Shown: piece by piece, positions 1 to 10,934 of the stretch | How positions within the stretch are numbered: position 1 is the stretch's first letter | How the letters are laid out: each line of letters opens with the position of its first letter | Assembly: GCA_965198175.1 (NCBI GenBank) | Contig: OZ240245.1 | Span: 3,296,001-3,360,000 of the forward strand | Source of the DNA: Candidatus Poribacteria bacterium | GTDB taxonomy: Bacteria > Poribacteria > WGA-4E > PCPOR2b | Length of the DNA stretch: 64,000 bases | Reading direction: 5' to 3' | Translations under genes and position numbers: made by a program | The notes under the pieces: generated by a model | The model's database searches: none | Seen by the model: the letters and a program-made list of their open reading frames with translations, nothing else | Told to the model about the DNA's origin: nothing

Positions 1-263
1 TTGTGGGGAGTAACAGGCGGAATTGACGGCTTCCACTAATCTAAATCAAAAACTTACTTTGCGCGAACGACATAGAAGTAGTTAGATGGAAGCCTGAGTT
101 ACAATGCACCGACTAGCAACATTAGCTAGTGGAGCAGATTTGAAGCAACGCATTGAGACCAAGCGAATCCATATCCGCTTGGTCTCAACACAATCATATA
201 CTCAACCAGTGCCCGCCCTTAAGGAGCATTCTGTTTTGATGCACTTGGTTGTGATGAAATCGT

Positions 264-1034
264 TCACTCGCGAGAGTTTTTCAGACTTCCCCAGGTAACG
301 ACTAGAGAACCCTTCGGGGAAACCGAAGTGGGATATTCAACCAACATCAGAACGTCTTCGGCGCTAAAGGCACGGCCATAAAACCGTACATCGTCAAGAC
401 TTCCTACCATCCCTTGAATACCCATATGGCCAAAACGAATTGGAGACTGGGCAACCGCAAGCCCTTCAGGCTGGGCTTCGCCATCCAATGAACCGTTCAC
501 GTAATGTGAAATCATGTTTTCATCTGCGTTATAGGTGCCTAAGACGTGATGCCAGTCCCCCAACGCAAGTGGTTCGTCTTTCCAAGGTGTGCCGACCCAC
601 GGCGGAGGCTCCACGGAATTATGGACTTCAAAGCGTCCCCTACCGTGGAGAACATCAAGATTAAACTGGTCGCTGAAAATCAGCCTGTTTTCAAACTGGG
701 GCCACTCGCCACCCATTCCGAGCTCGTCCGGCCGAATCCAAGCGGTAACGGTAAAACTCCCTGTGAAAGTGAGGCTCTCAGAGCCGGGGACTGAAGCTTT
801 GCCCGTGTTATCGGTGAAACGGATAGCCTTGCCGAGTCTTCCATCATCTTCTCGTACGGCAGAACCGATATCACCATCGTTATTTCCGACCGAGTCTTCA
901 AGAACGTTTCCGTCTCCTTCAAACTCGTAATGCGAGATTAGCCCATCGTCCAACGCGGCAGACACCAGCGAAACCGATACGCACAAGGACAGGATAACTC
1001 CTGAGACAAAACTTAAAACCATCAAACGTTGCAT
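264..1034 (-). CDS. Secreted LamG/concanavalin A-like jelly-roll protein
   Basis: Signal peptide; LamG hallmarks (GLISHYEFE, FTVTAWI, WHHVLGTY, GSLDDVRFY); C-terminal SVSPKGSLVVTWGSLK tail. Confidence 0.85.
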   Translation of the reverse strand: MQRLMVLSFVSGVILSLCVSVSLVSAALDDGLISHYEFEGDGNVLEDSVGNNDGDIGSAVREDDGRLGKAIRFTDNTGKASVPGSESLTFTGSFTVTAWIRPDELGMGGEWPQFENRLIFSDQFNLDVLHGRGRFEVHNSVEPPPWVGTPWKDEPLALGDWHHVLGTYNADENMISHYVNGSLDGEAQPEGLAVAQSPIRFGHMGIQGMVGSLDDVRFYGRAFSAEDVLMLVEYPTSVSPKGSLVVTWGSLKNSRE

Positions 1035-1130
1035 TATATTCCCTCCAATTGTTTAGTTGTACACGATTCAAATTCTGAACATCGGGACGAGAAAATCAGC
1101 GCACCAGCAGATCTGTTCCCCTTCCCGTTT

Positions 1131-1925
1131 TCACCATTTGCCTTTCAGGTTGGCCCAGGTAGTTGCCAGCCTGCCCGAAGGCGCTACAGCCACAAAGAGC
1201 TTTCCGTCCATATCGCTTCCAATCTCGTCCTCCGTAAGCACGTGGTTGTAGAGTGCAACTTCATCCACCGTGCCGCCGAAGAACTCGCCCGGTGCGTGGA
1301 CAGAGTGGCTACCGACCACAAAATGCGGCGAACCTTCGAATGTCGTATTTCCCATAATCGAACTATCGTCGTAAATCAATTCACCGTTCAGATATGACCT
1401 TCGCGTCGTTCCGTCGAACGTCATCGCGACATGATACCACGTATCGGGTTGGATCTCCGTCTCGGATTTTAACTCGTTGCGAGCAGAGTACTGCCGATTC
1501 GTCCCTTCGATACTGAGCCAACTCAGGAACTGCTTCTTTTCGATGCCGATCTGGTGCCCAACCCACGGATTATTCCAGACGTTCGTATCTCGGTAGGGCA
1601 CACCGGCTGCAAACTGAATGGGGGACGGGTCTCGGACAGTTACCCACGCTTCCAGCGTGATGTGCTTCGGCAGACGTAGCTGGGGATGATTATTGAACGC
1701 AATCATACCGGTTTCACCGTCGAAGTCTATCGCGGAACCGAATTGACCTTCGACCCAAGTTGCTCCGTCATTCAACATCCCAACGTATGCATTCCCGCTC
1801 TCGTCTTCTGTGGTAAATCCGGCGCCTTCCTCAAAAGGGAGATAGAGGAGAAGTTCCGCAACTCCAGACCCCGCAAGTCCTGCTAGAACCAGGGCAAGTC
1901 CAATAACTACAGTAGTTGTTTTCAT
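1131..1925 (-). CDS. Secreted LamG-like protein
   Basis: Signal peptide; LYLPFEEG, ITLEAWV, WYHVAMTFDG, GTVDEVALY; tail AVAPSGRLATTWANLK. Confidence 0.85.
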   Translation of the reverse strand: MKTTTVVIGLALVLAGLAGSGVAELLLYLPFEEGAGFTTEDESGNAYVGMLNDGATWVEGQFGSAIDFDGETGMIAFNNHPQLRLPKHITLEAWVTVRDPSPIQFAAGVPYRDTNVWNNPWVGHQIGIEKKQFLSWLSIEGTNRQYSARNELKSETEIQPDTWYHVAMTFDGTTRRSYLNGELIYDDSSIMGNTTFEGSPHFVVGSHSVHAPGEFFGGTVDEVALYNHVLTEDEIGSDMDGKLFVAVAPSGRLATTWANLKGKW

Positions 1926-2037
1926 TGTTGTCTTCCTTTGATCTTATTTGGCCGCGATTCCGTTAGATCAGGATGAATTTTTTCCTTTTTATGGTTATTA
2001 CTTTAGAATCTGTGAATTCCCAAGGTGAGCGACCTTC

Positions 2038-2829
2038 TCACTGTGTTCTCCACGCTTTCACCGTGCCCCATGTGACAGCGAGCTTGCCCTGAGGTTGAAT
2101 CGCTAAAATCTCTTCGTTACCGCCGTTGAAATGTTGCTCTATTTCGTCTTCGTTCAACGCCCGTGTCACAATCATAACTTCATCAATTATGCCTTTGGTG
2201 AAAAAGGTCTGACCGCCCTGTCCTCTCGTTCCAATCTTGACAGGATCGGGTCCAGTCTGAAGATTCTTATTGGGGCTATCGCGTTCCCCCTTCAACTCGT
2301 TGTTCCAGAAGAATTTCATATTGTCCCCATCATACATTGCGACCATCTGGTGCCACGTTTTCTCTTCGACGTCAAACTGAGGGATATCGAAATCGTCCCG
2401 CCTGGCGTCTCCTTTAATTGACCATCGAAACACATTATGGGGCAGCTTGGTGACAAACCAGCCTAGGTGTTGAGGCGCCCCGACAAGCTCGAGCTTTTGA
2501 ATCAAATTTTGTTCGCCGGCAATACTCTCAAAATTGATCCACAGCATCACGGTAAACGCTTCCTCGAAGTTCAAACTATCATCATCCCGCACTTCAACGA
2601 AATCGTCGCTTCCATCAAACTCCAACGCGCCTCCGAACTTTCCATTATCCACCCATTTAGGACCGACCAATTCCCCATCATTTCCCTTGTCGGAGGAGTC
2701 TTTGGCTGTTTCCTCTTGTCCCTCGTCAAAGTTTAAGGCAAGAACAACGTCGTTCGGATCTAGCTGAGCGCTCGCGACGCCAAAGCCAAAAACCGTGACT
2801 ACAAGTGTTGCAGCAACTAAGGTTTTCAT
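2038..2829 (-). CDS. Secreted LamG-like protein
   Basis: Start moved to ATG 2829 (AAGGAGG upstream, MKTLVAA signal peptide); LNFDEG, FTVMLWI, WHQMVAMYDG, GIIDEV; tail AIQPQGKLAVTWGTVK. Confidence 0.85.
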   Translation of the reverse strand: MKTLVAATLVVTVFGFGVASAQLDPNDVVLALNFDEGQEETAKDSSDKGNDGELVGPKWVDNGKFGGALEFDGSDDFVEVRDDDSLNFEEAFTVMLWINFESIAGEQNLIQKLELVGAPQHLGWFVTKLPHNVFRWSIKGDARRDDFDIPQFDVEEKTWHQMVAMYDGDNMKFFWNNELKGERDSPNKNLQTGPDPVKIGTRGQGGQTFFTKGIIDEVMIVTRALNEDEIEQHFNGGNEEILAIQPQGKLAVTWGTVKAWRTQ

Positions 2830-3086
2830 AAGACCTCCTTTTTCGACAAATGGGTTATTGTCCTTTTTAATGTTGTTTAAGGCTGTTTGACCCACGAGAG
2901 CAAAATCTGCCCACCCAAAAAATTAGAATATTTCATTTCCGGAACGCGTTTTATCTACTTAATTATACATGATCGTCGAAAAGAGCACAAGTACAAATTA
3001 TATAGCTTAAGATGATGATTGTATAAACTTCACAGTGTAGAATTGCGCTGTAAAGAAGGTTTTGAACACAATTTTTCGTCCCGCAT

Positions 3087-4073
3087 TTAACTTTCGGATT
3101 CCCCGACCCCACTGCCGTATGACGTGTCACTCACGGCTCTCTCTTCAACTAAGCCACCGGCATCAACCCAGTCTTTGATGCTTTGAATGCTATCTGTCAC
3201 TGTATAAATTGGCACAAAATCCATGAGTGCTTTCGCTTTAGACATATCGAAGGAAATCTCGCCGCCCTGCGCCATACTCCAAGGGAATCCGACTTCCACC
3301 TCTATGTCCGGTGAAAGACGCTTGATTATCTCAACAAATTCTGAACCTCGTGTTGGCCCAGGTCCACAGCAGTTAAAGATTTGCCCTACAGCAGCCGGAT
3401 GTTCTGCGACGGTGATATGCATGCGGGCGACATCCCGGTAATCTACATAGTGGCAAAGCTCTTCGGCAGAAAGGTGTGGAATTTCAACACGCACCCCTTC
3501 TCCAAGTTGCTCTGCAAATTTCCGCCAGCCTCGCCCTCCGCCACGTCCATAGGGACCAATGACCGCAGTTAATCGCAACACAGTCACCGGAAGACTGTAT
3601 TGATAGTAGTAGGTCAAGGATAACTCCTCTTGCATCCGCTTAGTCGTCGAATAAATGTCCTGCGGACGACAAGGGTGATTCTCATCTACAGGCATGTAAT
3701 CGGGAGGGTTAAACTTGGTTGCAGGATACCATTCATACGCGGATATGCTACTAGCTAATATGAAACGATTCACCTCCATCCTTCGCGCATTTTCAAGTAG
3801 GTTTTGCAATCCGTTGACGTTGACTTTCACCATCTGAAGCGGATTGCCAGTGTCGCCAGGCAGTGAAGCGAGATGCATGATGCAATCGAACGACTTGCCC
3901 TCTAACGTCTGTTTAAGCCCGTCAGTTTTGGTCAAATCTGCTTGGATAAAGGGGATATCTTCTTCCGGCTGCGATCGCCCAAGCGCTGTGACCGATTTGC
4001 CATTAGCCAGCAACTGTTGTACGACTTCACGTCCGACATATCCGGTTACACCCGTTACCAATACGTTCTCCAT
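3087..4073 (-). CDS. NAD-dependent epimerase/dehydratase (extended SDR)
   Basis: VLVTGVTGYVG Rossmann motif and YSTTK (YxxxK); start at ATG 4073 with AGGAGG upstream. Confidence 0.85.
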   Translation of the reverse strand: MENVLVTGVTGYVGREVVQQLLANGKSVTALGRSQPEEDIPFIQADLTKTDGLKQTLEGKSFDCIMHLASLPGDTGNPLQMVKVNVNGLQNLLENARRMEVNRFILASSISAYEWYPATKFNPPDYMPVDENHPCRPQDIYSTTKRMQEELSLTYYYQYSLPVTVLRLTAVIGPYGRGGGRGWRKFAEQLGEGVRVEIPHLSAEELCHYVDYRDVARMHITVAEHPAAVGQIFNCCGPGPTRGSEFVEIIKRLSPDIEVEVGFPWSMAQGGEISFDMSKAKALMDFVPIYTVTDSIQSIKDWVDAGGLVEERAVSDTSYGSGVGESES

Positions 4074-4078
4074 AGTCT

Positions 4079-5254
4079 TCACTCCTCCTTCGATGGTGGG
4101 TCGTAATAGGGAGGAACTACCTCCTCCGTTAACGGCAGATCGACCCATCCACCGGTCTCCATACTTTTCCAGATGGCGCACATTACCTCGACGGCGCGGG
4201 CTCCATCCTCGCCGCTGACCGATGGCGGTTTGTCGTTGATAATGCAATCCAAGAAGTGCTCTGTCATGCGCTCGTAGTTATTTGGCCTTCGCGGCGGGCA
4301 GATGGGTACCCATCGCTTGCGGACATGTTCGTCAATAATATCTTCAACCCAGAAGAGCTCTGGCCAGCGGTAATCCTTCAACACTTGAGGCAAGGTATCG
4401 ACTGTAAAATCCTTATTCGTGAAGACTGCCATGGGCCAGCTTTGGAACGGGTTGGTGGCATCTGTTGCTGTGAAGATTGTCCCTTCCGTACCGCACAGTT
4501 CTGTCGCCTGGTTCACCGCCGGTGAAAAGCGATTGCAACTGACCGTGCCGAAAGCGCCATTCTCGAACTCAACCATTACCAAAGCTGTATCATCGCACAG
4601 CGTATAACTTTCCGGCATCGCCAATCGTTTCGCAACGCCGACTGTCCGCTTAACTTTGCTATCGTTTAACCACGTCAATAAATCGATGGCGTGCGCGCCT
4701 GTATCGTTCAGAGCTGCTCCACCGGCGACCTTACAGTCCAGTCGAAACCCTGTTTTAGCAACGTAGTTCTGGTAATTGTACCAATGTTCATGTAGAGAAG
4801 CCCGGCTCATTAACAGATTACCGATGACTCCTCCTTCAATTAGTTCTTTCGTCCACTGATTATGGGTCCAGAACCGGCGGTCGCATCCGACCATGAGCTT
4901 CACACCAGCCTCATTGCATGCGTCCACAATTTCCCATGCTTCCGTATTAGTTACAGCTAGCGGTTTTTCAACCACTACGTTCACGCCTGCCTTAGCTGCC
5001 GCAACGGCGATGTTTCGGTGGACGTTGTTTGGGGTCGCAATTACAACCGCGTCAAGGTTCGCCTTGTCAAACATCTCCCGGTAGTCCGTGAACCACTCTT
5101 CGGCGCCCCATTTGGCAGCAGATGCCTGCGCCTGATCTGCATCTACGTCGCAGACCACAAGAAGTGCTGCTTCCTCGTGCAGATCGATTGACGGAAAATG
5201 CGCAATCTCTGCAATGCTTCCGCAGCCGATCACCCCCATTTTTATGTCTGCCAT
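4079..5254 (-). CDS. Gfo/Idh/MocA family oxidoreductase
   Basis: GVIGCGSIA, VVVEKPLA, GGAALNDTGAHAID motifs. Confidence 0.9.
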   Translation of the reverse strand: MADIKMGVIGCGSIAEIAHFPSIDLHEEAALLVVCDVDADQAQASAAKWGAEEWFTDYREMFDKANLDAVVIATPNNVHRNIAVAAAKAGVNVVVEKPLAVTNTEAWEIVDACNEAGVKLMVGCDRRFWTHNQWTKELIEGGVIGNLLMSRASLHEHWYNYQNYVAKTGFRLDCKVAGGAALNDTGAHAIDLLTWLNDSKVKRTVGVAKRLAMPESYTLCDDTALVMVEFENGAFGTVSCNRFSPAVNQATELCGTEGTIFTATDATNPFQSWPMAVFTNKDFTVDTLPQVLKDYRWPELFWVEDIIDEHVRKRWVPICPPRRPNNYERMTEHFLDCIINDKPPSVSGEDGARAVEVMCAIWKSMETGGWVDLPLTEEVVPPYYDPPSKEE

Positions 5255-5302
5255 TTGACCTTTCCTTTTTCAGGTATTAGCTTTATACCAAAACTTGCAC
5301 AA

Positions 5303-6214
5303 TCAATATCCTCTATCCACTCGATCTTGAATCTTCTGTCGAGTCGGCATGCGGTCCATACGCACTCCACCGGTTTGCTCTATCACACAAATCGCGGTTG
5401 CGCACCCCCATTGTGCAGCTTTCAGGGGATTAGCGCTTCGCAGGTATTCGGATAGGAACCCTCCCATAAAGGTATCACCACCACCGGTTGTGTCCGCCAC
5501 TGTTCCGCGAAGTGGTTCGACATGCCATTGATTACTAGCACTCTGAACTAACGCCCCCTTTTCCCCCATGGTTATTACGACAACGTCCGGACCACAATCC
5601 AACAATCGCTTCGCTGCCTCAGATGGGTTGTTCCAGCCGAAGATGGTTGCTGCGTCTTCGTCAGAAGCTTTGACAATGTCAAAATGTCCGGAAACCCCAC
5701 AAGCCAAGTCTGACAAGGAAGGAACTGCCTCGCGATTGGCTTTGCTCATATGGACGCCGCCATAGCCACCTAGGTCCACCGCGCTGGTATGTCCTAGAGC
5801 GGCGACATCGGCGATATCCTCTGGAAGTACATCATTGTCCATCGGACATAGATAAATAATTGGACAGCCGTGGTAAGATTCAGGTATATCCTCTGCTTTG
5901 ATAGTAGGTGCTTTGCTAGGATAGCGGATTTCCTTGTTGCCCTTTGTATCGTAAATCAACTCAGTTGTGGTTGTTCGATCTCCGGTTTGCACCCCGGAAA
6001 TATCAACGCCTGCGTCAATTATGAGTTGAAGCAATTCTTGGGGCATATCGAGACCGATTTTTGTCGATATGCCTGTCGCCGTGCCCTGACGACTCGCTGC
6101 GACAGAGCAGTAAGCTGGCGGACTCCCCAGAAACGGCCCCTTGACACTGTCAGGGAAGTAAATCATCTCTGAAATCACATGTCCGACGCAAACTAAGTCA
6201 GGAGTTGAAACCAT
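5303..6214 (-). CDS. PfkB/ribokinase family carbohydrate kinase
   Basis: VITMGEKGA and DTTGGGDTF (PfkB signature 2). Confidence 0.9.
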   Translation of the reverse strand: MVSTPDLVCVGHVISEMIYFPDSVKGPFLGSPPAYCSVAASRQGTATGISTKIGLDMPQELLQLIIDAGVDISGVQTGDRTTTTELIYDTKGNKEIRYPSKAPTIKAEDIPESYHGCPIIYLCPMDNDVLPEDIADVAALGHTSAVDLGGYGGVHMSKANREAVPSLSDLACGVSGHFDIVKASDEDAATIFGWNNPSEAAKRLLDCGPDVVVITMGEKGALVQSASNQWHVEPLRGTVADTTGGGDTFMGGFLSEYLRSANPLKAAQWGCATAICVIEQTGGVRMDRMPTRQKIQDRVDRGY

Positions 6215-6298
6215 TTCTCACCTTCATTGTTTTTGAATGTAGAACTCGCTGCGTACAGTGTAAATGAAGTTCGATTCTGTTTACCCATCTTTTTGAAT

Positions 6299-7081
6299 TT
6301 AGTACGTTGTTGTTGCGACCTCTTCGGTGCCGCAAAAGATGTTGTTCCGGGCGGGCATCCGACGAATGTCAGAGTAGGTGACAATCTTGCAGAGCTCCCG
6401 GTCGTCATCCATCACCGGCGTCGGCTTACGCAGTATAAACTCCGCTAAATGGAAGGTATTGTAGCACACGTAAGCCACAGAAAACCATTCGATTGGTCGT
6501 ATGGAAGAACAAGTAAAGTCGGGGAACGGGAGCGGACCGGTATCTACCTGGAACAGCTTATGTTCGTCGTTGGTGTTTATTGTCTTGATTGGGTATTCAA
6601 TCCTCGCTCGCATCTTCCTTGTCCTGTCCCAGATATCGGTCCGTCCAATCAGTAGGTAATTATCTCGGGTAGCCTGAATTATCTGTTCCGAATTCACGAG
6701 CGATCGGCTTCTCGGAAGCGTCCTAATCGTAAGGCGAAAGTCCTTAAACCTATCTTTAATGAGGGCTGCGGTCTGCTTACCCCCATTGTCGGTGAGGCCA
6801 TGCCCTACATTAATGAATTCAGACTCTGACCATATGGCGCAGTATTCGCCATTTGGATACTGGAAGAGTGTGTCTGAGCGGTACATCCATTCACTGCGGC
6901 AGGGAGTGATGAGAAAGAACACTTCGGATGCGCCAACCTTTTCATCTACAATTTCGCAGCGGGCATCCAGTTGAATCCGTGCGCTGTTGCGATACTGCAT
7001 GTGTCCCGGTTTTCGCTGGTCATGTAGATTGGGTTCAACAACCCAAGTCATATAAGAATTGGAAAAATCACAAACGCCCAT
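6299..7081 (-). CDS. Hypothetical protein, first gene of the PfkB-Gfo-epimerase run
   Basis: 260-aa ORF co-oriented with the sugar genes; no motif recognised. Confidence 0.6.
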   Translation of the reverse strand: MGVCDFSNSYMTWVVEPNLHDQRKPGHMQYRNSARIQLDARCEIVDEKVGASEVFFLITPCRSEWMYRSDTLFQYPNGEYCAIWSESEFINVGHGLTDNGGKQTAALIKDRFKDFRLTIRTLPRSRSLVNSEQIIQATRDNYLLIGRTDIWDRTRKMRARIEYPIKTINTNDEHKLFQVDTGPLPFPDFTCSSIRPIEWFSVAYVCYNTFHLAEFILRKPTPVMDDDRELCKIVTYSDIRRMPARNNIFCGTEEVATTTY

Positions 7082-7182
7082 TGCGGATCGCGATTCAAGT
7101 TGAGCAAGGTGGGGATTTTAATCTCGGTTCGGTATTATATGAAGCCGGGACCAGTATTGAACAAAGCGGACTGTAATCAAGC

Positions 7183-7228
7183 AGAAAAGGTCGGCACACG
7201 CACAGCCCAGCCATGCGGGCCGACCTCT
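7183..7228 (-). terminator. Possible intrinsic terminator
   Basis: Stem AGGTCGGC...GCCGACCT followed by a short T run on the minus strand, downstream of the LamG gene. Confidence 0.4.
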
Positions 7229-7368
7229 TCTATCTGATGCTATATTTGACTCAGCTTATAGGACAGCAGCGACTTGAGTGTTTTCGTCTGATATAAGCAT
7301 AGAAGCAGAAACGAGATCAATTACCGTGTCCTAGTAAACAACATTCTGCTCAATTTGAGGAGGACTAA

Positions 7369-8229
7369 TTAATAGCTCTTGAGCCGAGCCCAAGTTGTGG
7401 CGAGCTTAGCCTTCGCCTCAACAGAGGTAACGGATGCCAAATTTGTATTAGCGAGTTCGGCAATTTCCTCAGCAGAAAGTGCGCGGTCAAAGATTGCTAC
7501 ATCGTCAATCATGCCGTCAATGTATTTGAAGTTGTCGACTTCGCCACCATGTCCTCGCGATGTCCCTAAGAGAATTGGGTGATCAGGGAAAACGGCGTAG
7601 GGCGCTGTCAGCGTAACTGGTTCCATGCCCGAGTCATGGTGGAACCCCCAAGTAATATTAGCTGGAGCTCCGTTAAGGAAGGCTTGGAGAGTCTGTCCGT
7701 TTGCGACTTGTGCCATGTGTATCCATGTCCCCAGCTCGTACGAAACGTCGGCATTTAACCACCCTTCCGCATTGTGCGCATCCGGTTCCTGTTCACCGTC
7801 CACGGCGCCCTTAATATTGTTGGAGCCATAAGACAGGTTGGTGTCGCCGGTAGTGATCAGTCGGATGTGGAAATGTGGTCCCCAGCCGACTTTTTCACCC
7901 TTAAACATTATTCCGCCGTGATCGCCGGAGGCTCTAATAAACGCTCGTACGGCGTGCGTGAATGCATTCTCCATCGCATCCATGGAAGGATGGTGGGGAA
8001 TCTCGGCGTAAGCATCGACGCCGTTGACCTCAAGGGCGCGTCCGTGCACACCATCGCCGTACCCCGCACCGCCCACTAAGGAGCCGTTAGCGTTTCCCAT
8101 AATGTCATTTAGGTTGTCACCTTCGAACGTCCATGCAGAAATGAGACCATCTGTCAAACCAGCCGAGGCGACACTTGCGGCGACGCAAAATAGAAGAACC
8201 ACAAAGATTTGAGTATACAAACGTAACAT
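7369..8229 (-). CDS. Secreted LamG-like protein
   Basis: Signal peptide; GLISAWTFE, WIHMAQV, GMIDDVAIF; tail SVEAKAKLATTWARLK. Confidence 0.85.
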   Translation of the reverse strand: MLRLYTQIFVVLLFCVAASVASAGLTDGLISAWTFEGDNLNDIMGNANGSLVGGAGYGDGVHGRALEVNGVDAYAEIPHHPSMDAMENAFTHAVRAFIRASGDHGGIMFKGEKVGWGPHFHIRLITTGDTNLSYGSNNIKGAVDGEQEPDAHNAEGWLNADVSYELGTWIHMAQVANGQTLQAFLNGAPANITWGFHHDSGMEPVTLTAPYAVFPDHPILLGTSRGHGGEVDNFKYIDGMIDDVAIFDRALSAEEIAELANTNLASVTSVEAKAKLATTWARLKSY

Positions 8230-8563
8230 TATCAATCTCCTTCTTAGAAAGTGTGAATTGGTAACTTGTGCGAATCTTAAGCAGATAAAAAATTTGCAAT
8301 GCTCGGCTTAAGATTTAAAACGTATTCGCACAAACCGTTAATATTTGCACCAGTGTTTCGATTCAACTTTAGTGTTGCTTCCCTGAAGTTTCCGGTTTTG
8401 CCTTAACAGTACAAGCTTTTTCCCAGAATCTGCAAGATGTTTAGGCGAAATGCCATTGTTGGCATATACACAATCGGTTAACCACCTCCTTTTCACGTTG
8501 TTCTTGGTAGGCTTGCCTAATTGACTCCTGAAAGTTTCTGGTGCGAAAACGTTGCCTACAAAG

Positions 8564-9613
8564 CTATCTTTCGCTTTCTAACCGTTCGTCTTTTCTGACC
8601 TGTTTTATCTCCCCCCATGCTGCCGGACGCTTGGCTTTGGGAGAAACTGAAAATGCCACTCGAGGGTCAAACCATGCTGGATACGCGTCAAACGCCTCGT
8701 TATTGGTCAGGTTCGTCGGGTTGCCCCCGTCAGCGTCCATCACATAGATTTCGCCGTCACCATCACGCAGAGATGCGAAGGCTATCCGTCTGCCATCCGG
8801 GGACCACGCAGGATAATCATCCCAACCGAAATCATTGGTCAGGTTTGTAGGGTTCGCTCCATCAGCAGCATCAATGACGTAGATTTCGTTGTTGAAGTCA
8901 CGGGTCGCCGAGAAAGCTATCTTCTGGCCAGATTTTGTCTGCCATGCAGGGTTTCTGTCATCGTCAGGGTCGTTCGTCAGACGCTTTTGATTCTCGCCAT
9001 TCGCATCCATGGAATAGATTTCAAAGTTACCGTCCCGACTGCTGGACCACGCAATCTTTTTGCCATCCGGAGACCAAGTAGGTTCCATATCTTGGTCTTT
9101 ATGCCGAGTGACCCGGAAAGTGTCCTTTTGGTCGCCAAATTTCTCAATCTTCCATGGATCGAACTGTCCCTCGGATGCTCTGACGACCCAAAGGTCAAAG
9201 TTCCATCCTTCATTTACATTTGCATGAACAAATGCAATCCACTGACCGTCTGGTGACCATGATGGCGTCAGGTCTCGTACTCCAGATGTCAGCTTACGAA
9301 TCTCCTTTCCGTCAGAATTCATGATGTAGATATGTTCCCAGTGCTCTCCCCGATTCGAAGCGAAGACAATCCGAGTCCCATCAGGAGACCACGACGGAGA
9401 CAGATCGCGACTGCTATCCTTGGTAATTTTTTTTGGATTTTGCCCCTCGTCATCCATCACCCAAATCTCCTCGTTGTTGCTCCTGTCAGATTCAAAAAGG
9501 ATTACCGCCCTGTCAGGGGGCTCTTGTGCATCACCGTGCATCGCGAAGACGAACGTCGCCACCACACTAATGACATTTAGCCCGATGTACAGTAGTTTGT
9601 TCCGTTGTTGCAT
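8564..9613 (-). CDS. Secreted TolB-like beta-propeller (PD40 repeats)
   Basis: Repeated PxWSPDGxxIAFxSxRDGxxEIYVM; tail SVSPKAKRPAAWGEIK. Confidence 0.88.
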   Translation of the reverse strand: MQQRNKLLYIGLNVISVVATFVFAMHGDAQEPPDRAVILFESDRSNNEEIWVMDDEGQNPKKITKDSSRDLSPSWSPDGTRIVFASNRGEHWEHIYIMNSDGKEIRKLTSGVRDLTPSWSPDGQWIAFVHANVNEGWNFDLWVVRASEGQFDPWKIEKFGDQKDTFRVTRHKDQDMEPTWSPDGKKIAWSSSRDGNFEIYSMDANGENQKRLTNDPDDDRNPAWQTKSGQKIAFSATRDFNNEIYVIDAADGANPTNLTNDFGWDDYPAWSPDGRRIAFASLRDGDGEIYVMDADGGNPTNLTNNEAFDAYPAWFDPRVAFSVSPKAKRPAAWGEIKQVRKDERLESER

Positions 9614-9683
9614 GTCGACCTCCGTATGTATCTGCTCAACGTGTTGAAAAAACCGCTGCTGCCAAAAAGTGTCATGTATGCTC

Positions 9684-10682
9684 CTACAACTTCCTTGCTA
9701 TACGCTTTATCTCACCCCATGTCGCCGTAGCTCTGTCGGCAGGAGAAACCGAGAAAGCGACCACGGGGTCAAACCATGCGGGATTGGCGTCGAACGCCTC
9801 CTCAGTGTTGGTCAGGTTGGTCGGATTTCCGCCATCGGAATCCATCACATAGATTTCTCCGTTTCCATCCCGCAGCGTCGCAAAGGCTATCTTGCTGCCA
9901 TTTGGTGACCATTCTGGAAAGTCGTCCCAATTGAAATCGTTGGTCAGGTTGGTTGGGTTTCCCCCATCGACATCCATTACGTAGATTTCATTATTGAAGT
10001 CGCGCGTTGACGAAAAAGCAATCTTCTGACCGAGTTTCGGTTGCCATGCCGGCGACTTATCGTCGCCAGGGTCGTCAGTGAGCCTTTTTTGATTTTCTCC
10101 GGTGGCATCCATTACATAAACCTCAAAGTTGCCGTCCCGATTGCTGGACCAAACAATTCTTCTGCCGTCCGGTGACCAATCAGGCTCAATGTCCGTGTCT
10201 CCGTGTTCTGTAAGCTGCACAGGCTCGACGCCCATGTCTCCATGCTCGGCTTCTAGCAAAAAAATCTCGTAGTTCCATTCTGCTGCGCGAGGAGAACCAA
10301 TCAGAATTGACACACCGTCCGGTGACCACCTCGGTCCCTTATCCTGAGCACCATTTTCGGTTAGTCTACGCACATCCTTACCCGCGCTGCTCATTATAAA
10401 CACATCTTCCCAGTGAGCTGCACGGTTCGACATGAAAGCAATCCATTCCCCATCTGGAGACCACGCCGGTTCCGTATCTTCCTTTTTGTCCTTTGTTAAT
10501 CTAACCGGATTTCCTCCATCCGCATCCATTATGTAAATCTCGCTGTTGCCATCTCGATCGGATTCAAAAGCAATTTTCGCGACGTTGGGTGGTTCCGCGT
10601 AGACACCGTCCTCAAGCACAATCATAACGATTACAAGCACGCCAAGTAACCCTAACCATCCAACTTTTCGACGGGGTGACAT
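9684..10682 (-). CDS. Secreted TolB-like beta-propeller (PD40 repeats), tandem paralogue
   Basis: Same PD40 repeats; probable start ATG 10682 (MSPRRK plus hydrophobic signal); tail [16 protein letters not shown]. Confidence 0.88.
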   Translation of the reverse strand: MSPRRKVGWLGLLGVLVIVMIVLEDGVYAEPPNVAKIAFESDRDGNSEIYIMDADGGNPVRLTKDKKEDTEPAWSPDGEWIAFMSNRAAHWEDVFIMSSAGKDVRRLTENGAQDKGPRWSPDGVSILIGSPRAAEWNYEIFLLEAEHGDMGVEPVQLTEHGDTDIEPDWSPDGRRIVWSSNRDGNFEVYVMDATGENQKRLTDDPGDDKSPAWQPKLGQKIAFSSTRDFNNEIYVMDVDGGNPTNLTNDFNWDDFPEWSPNGSKIAFATLRDGNGEIYVMDSDGGNPTNLTNTEEAFDANPAWFDPVVAFSVSPADRATATWGEIKRIARKL

Positions 10683-10934
10683 CCTTGACCTTCCTTTCGC
10701 GACATGATCTGAAGATGAATTCGCTACATTAACGGGCTTCTGCCGTGGATTTCGTTTAAAAAAGCACAAGGGTCACAATACTGAACCAGACTCGAATGTG
10801 TCAGAATTCGAAGGACTTGAAATTCCCATAAATCCTGATACATTCGGTCAATCAGTTAGATTTAACTTCTGTTATTCAGAAATCTGCATCAAAATCTCTT
10901 CTGAATAGTGGATACAGTGTATTGCTTATTCTGG

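Noticed and set aside
8402..8495. Strong AAGGAGGTG Shine-Dalgarno sequence followed by a tiny minus-strand ORF
   Set aside because: Start spacing is ambiguous and the peptide has no supporting features
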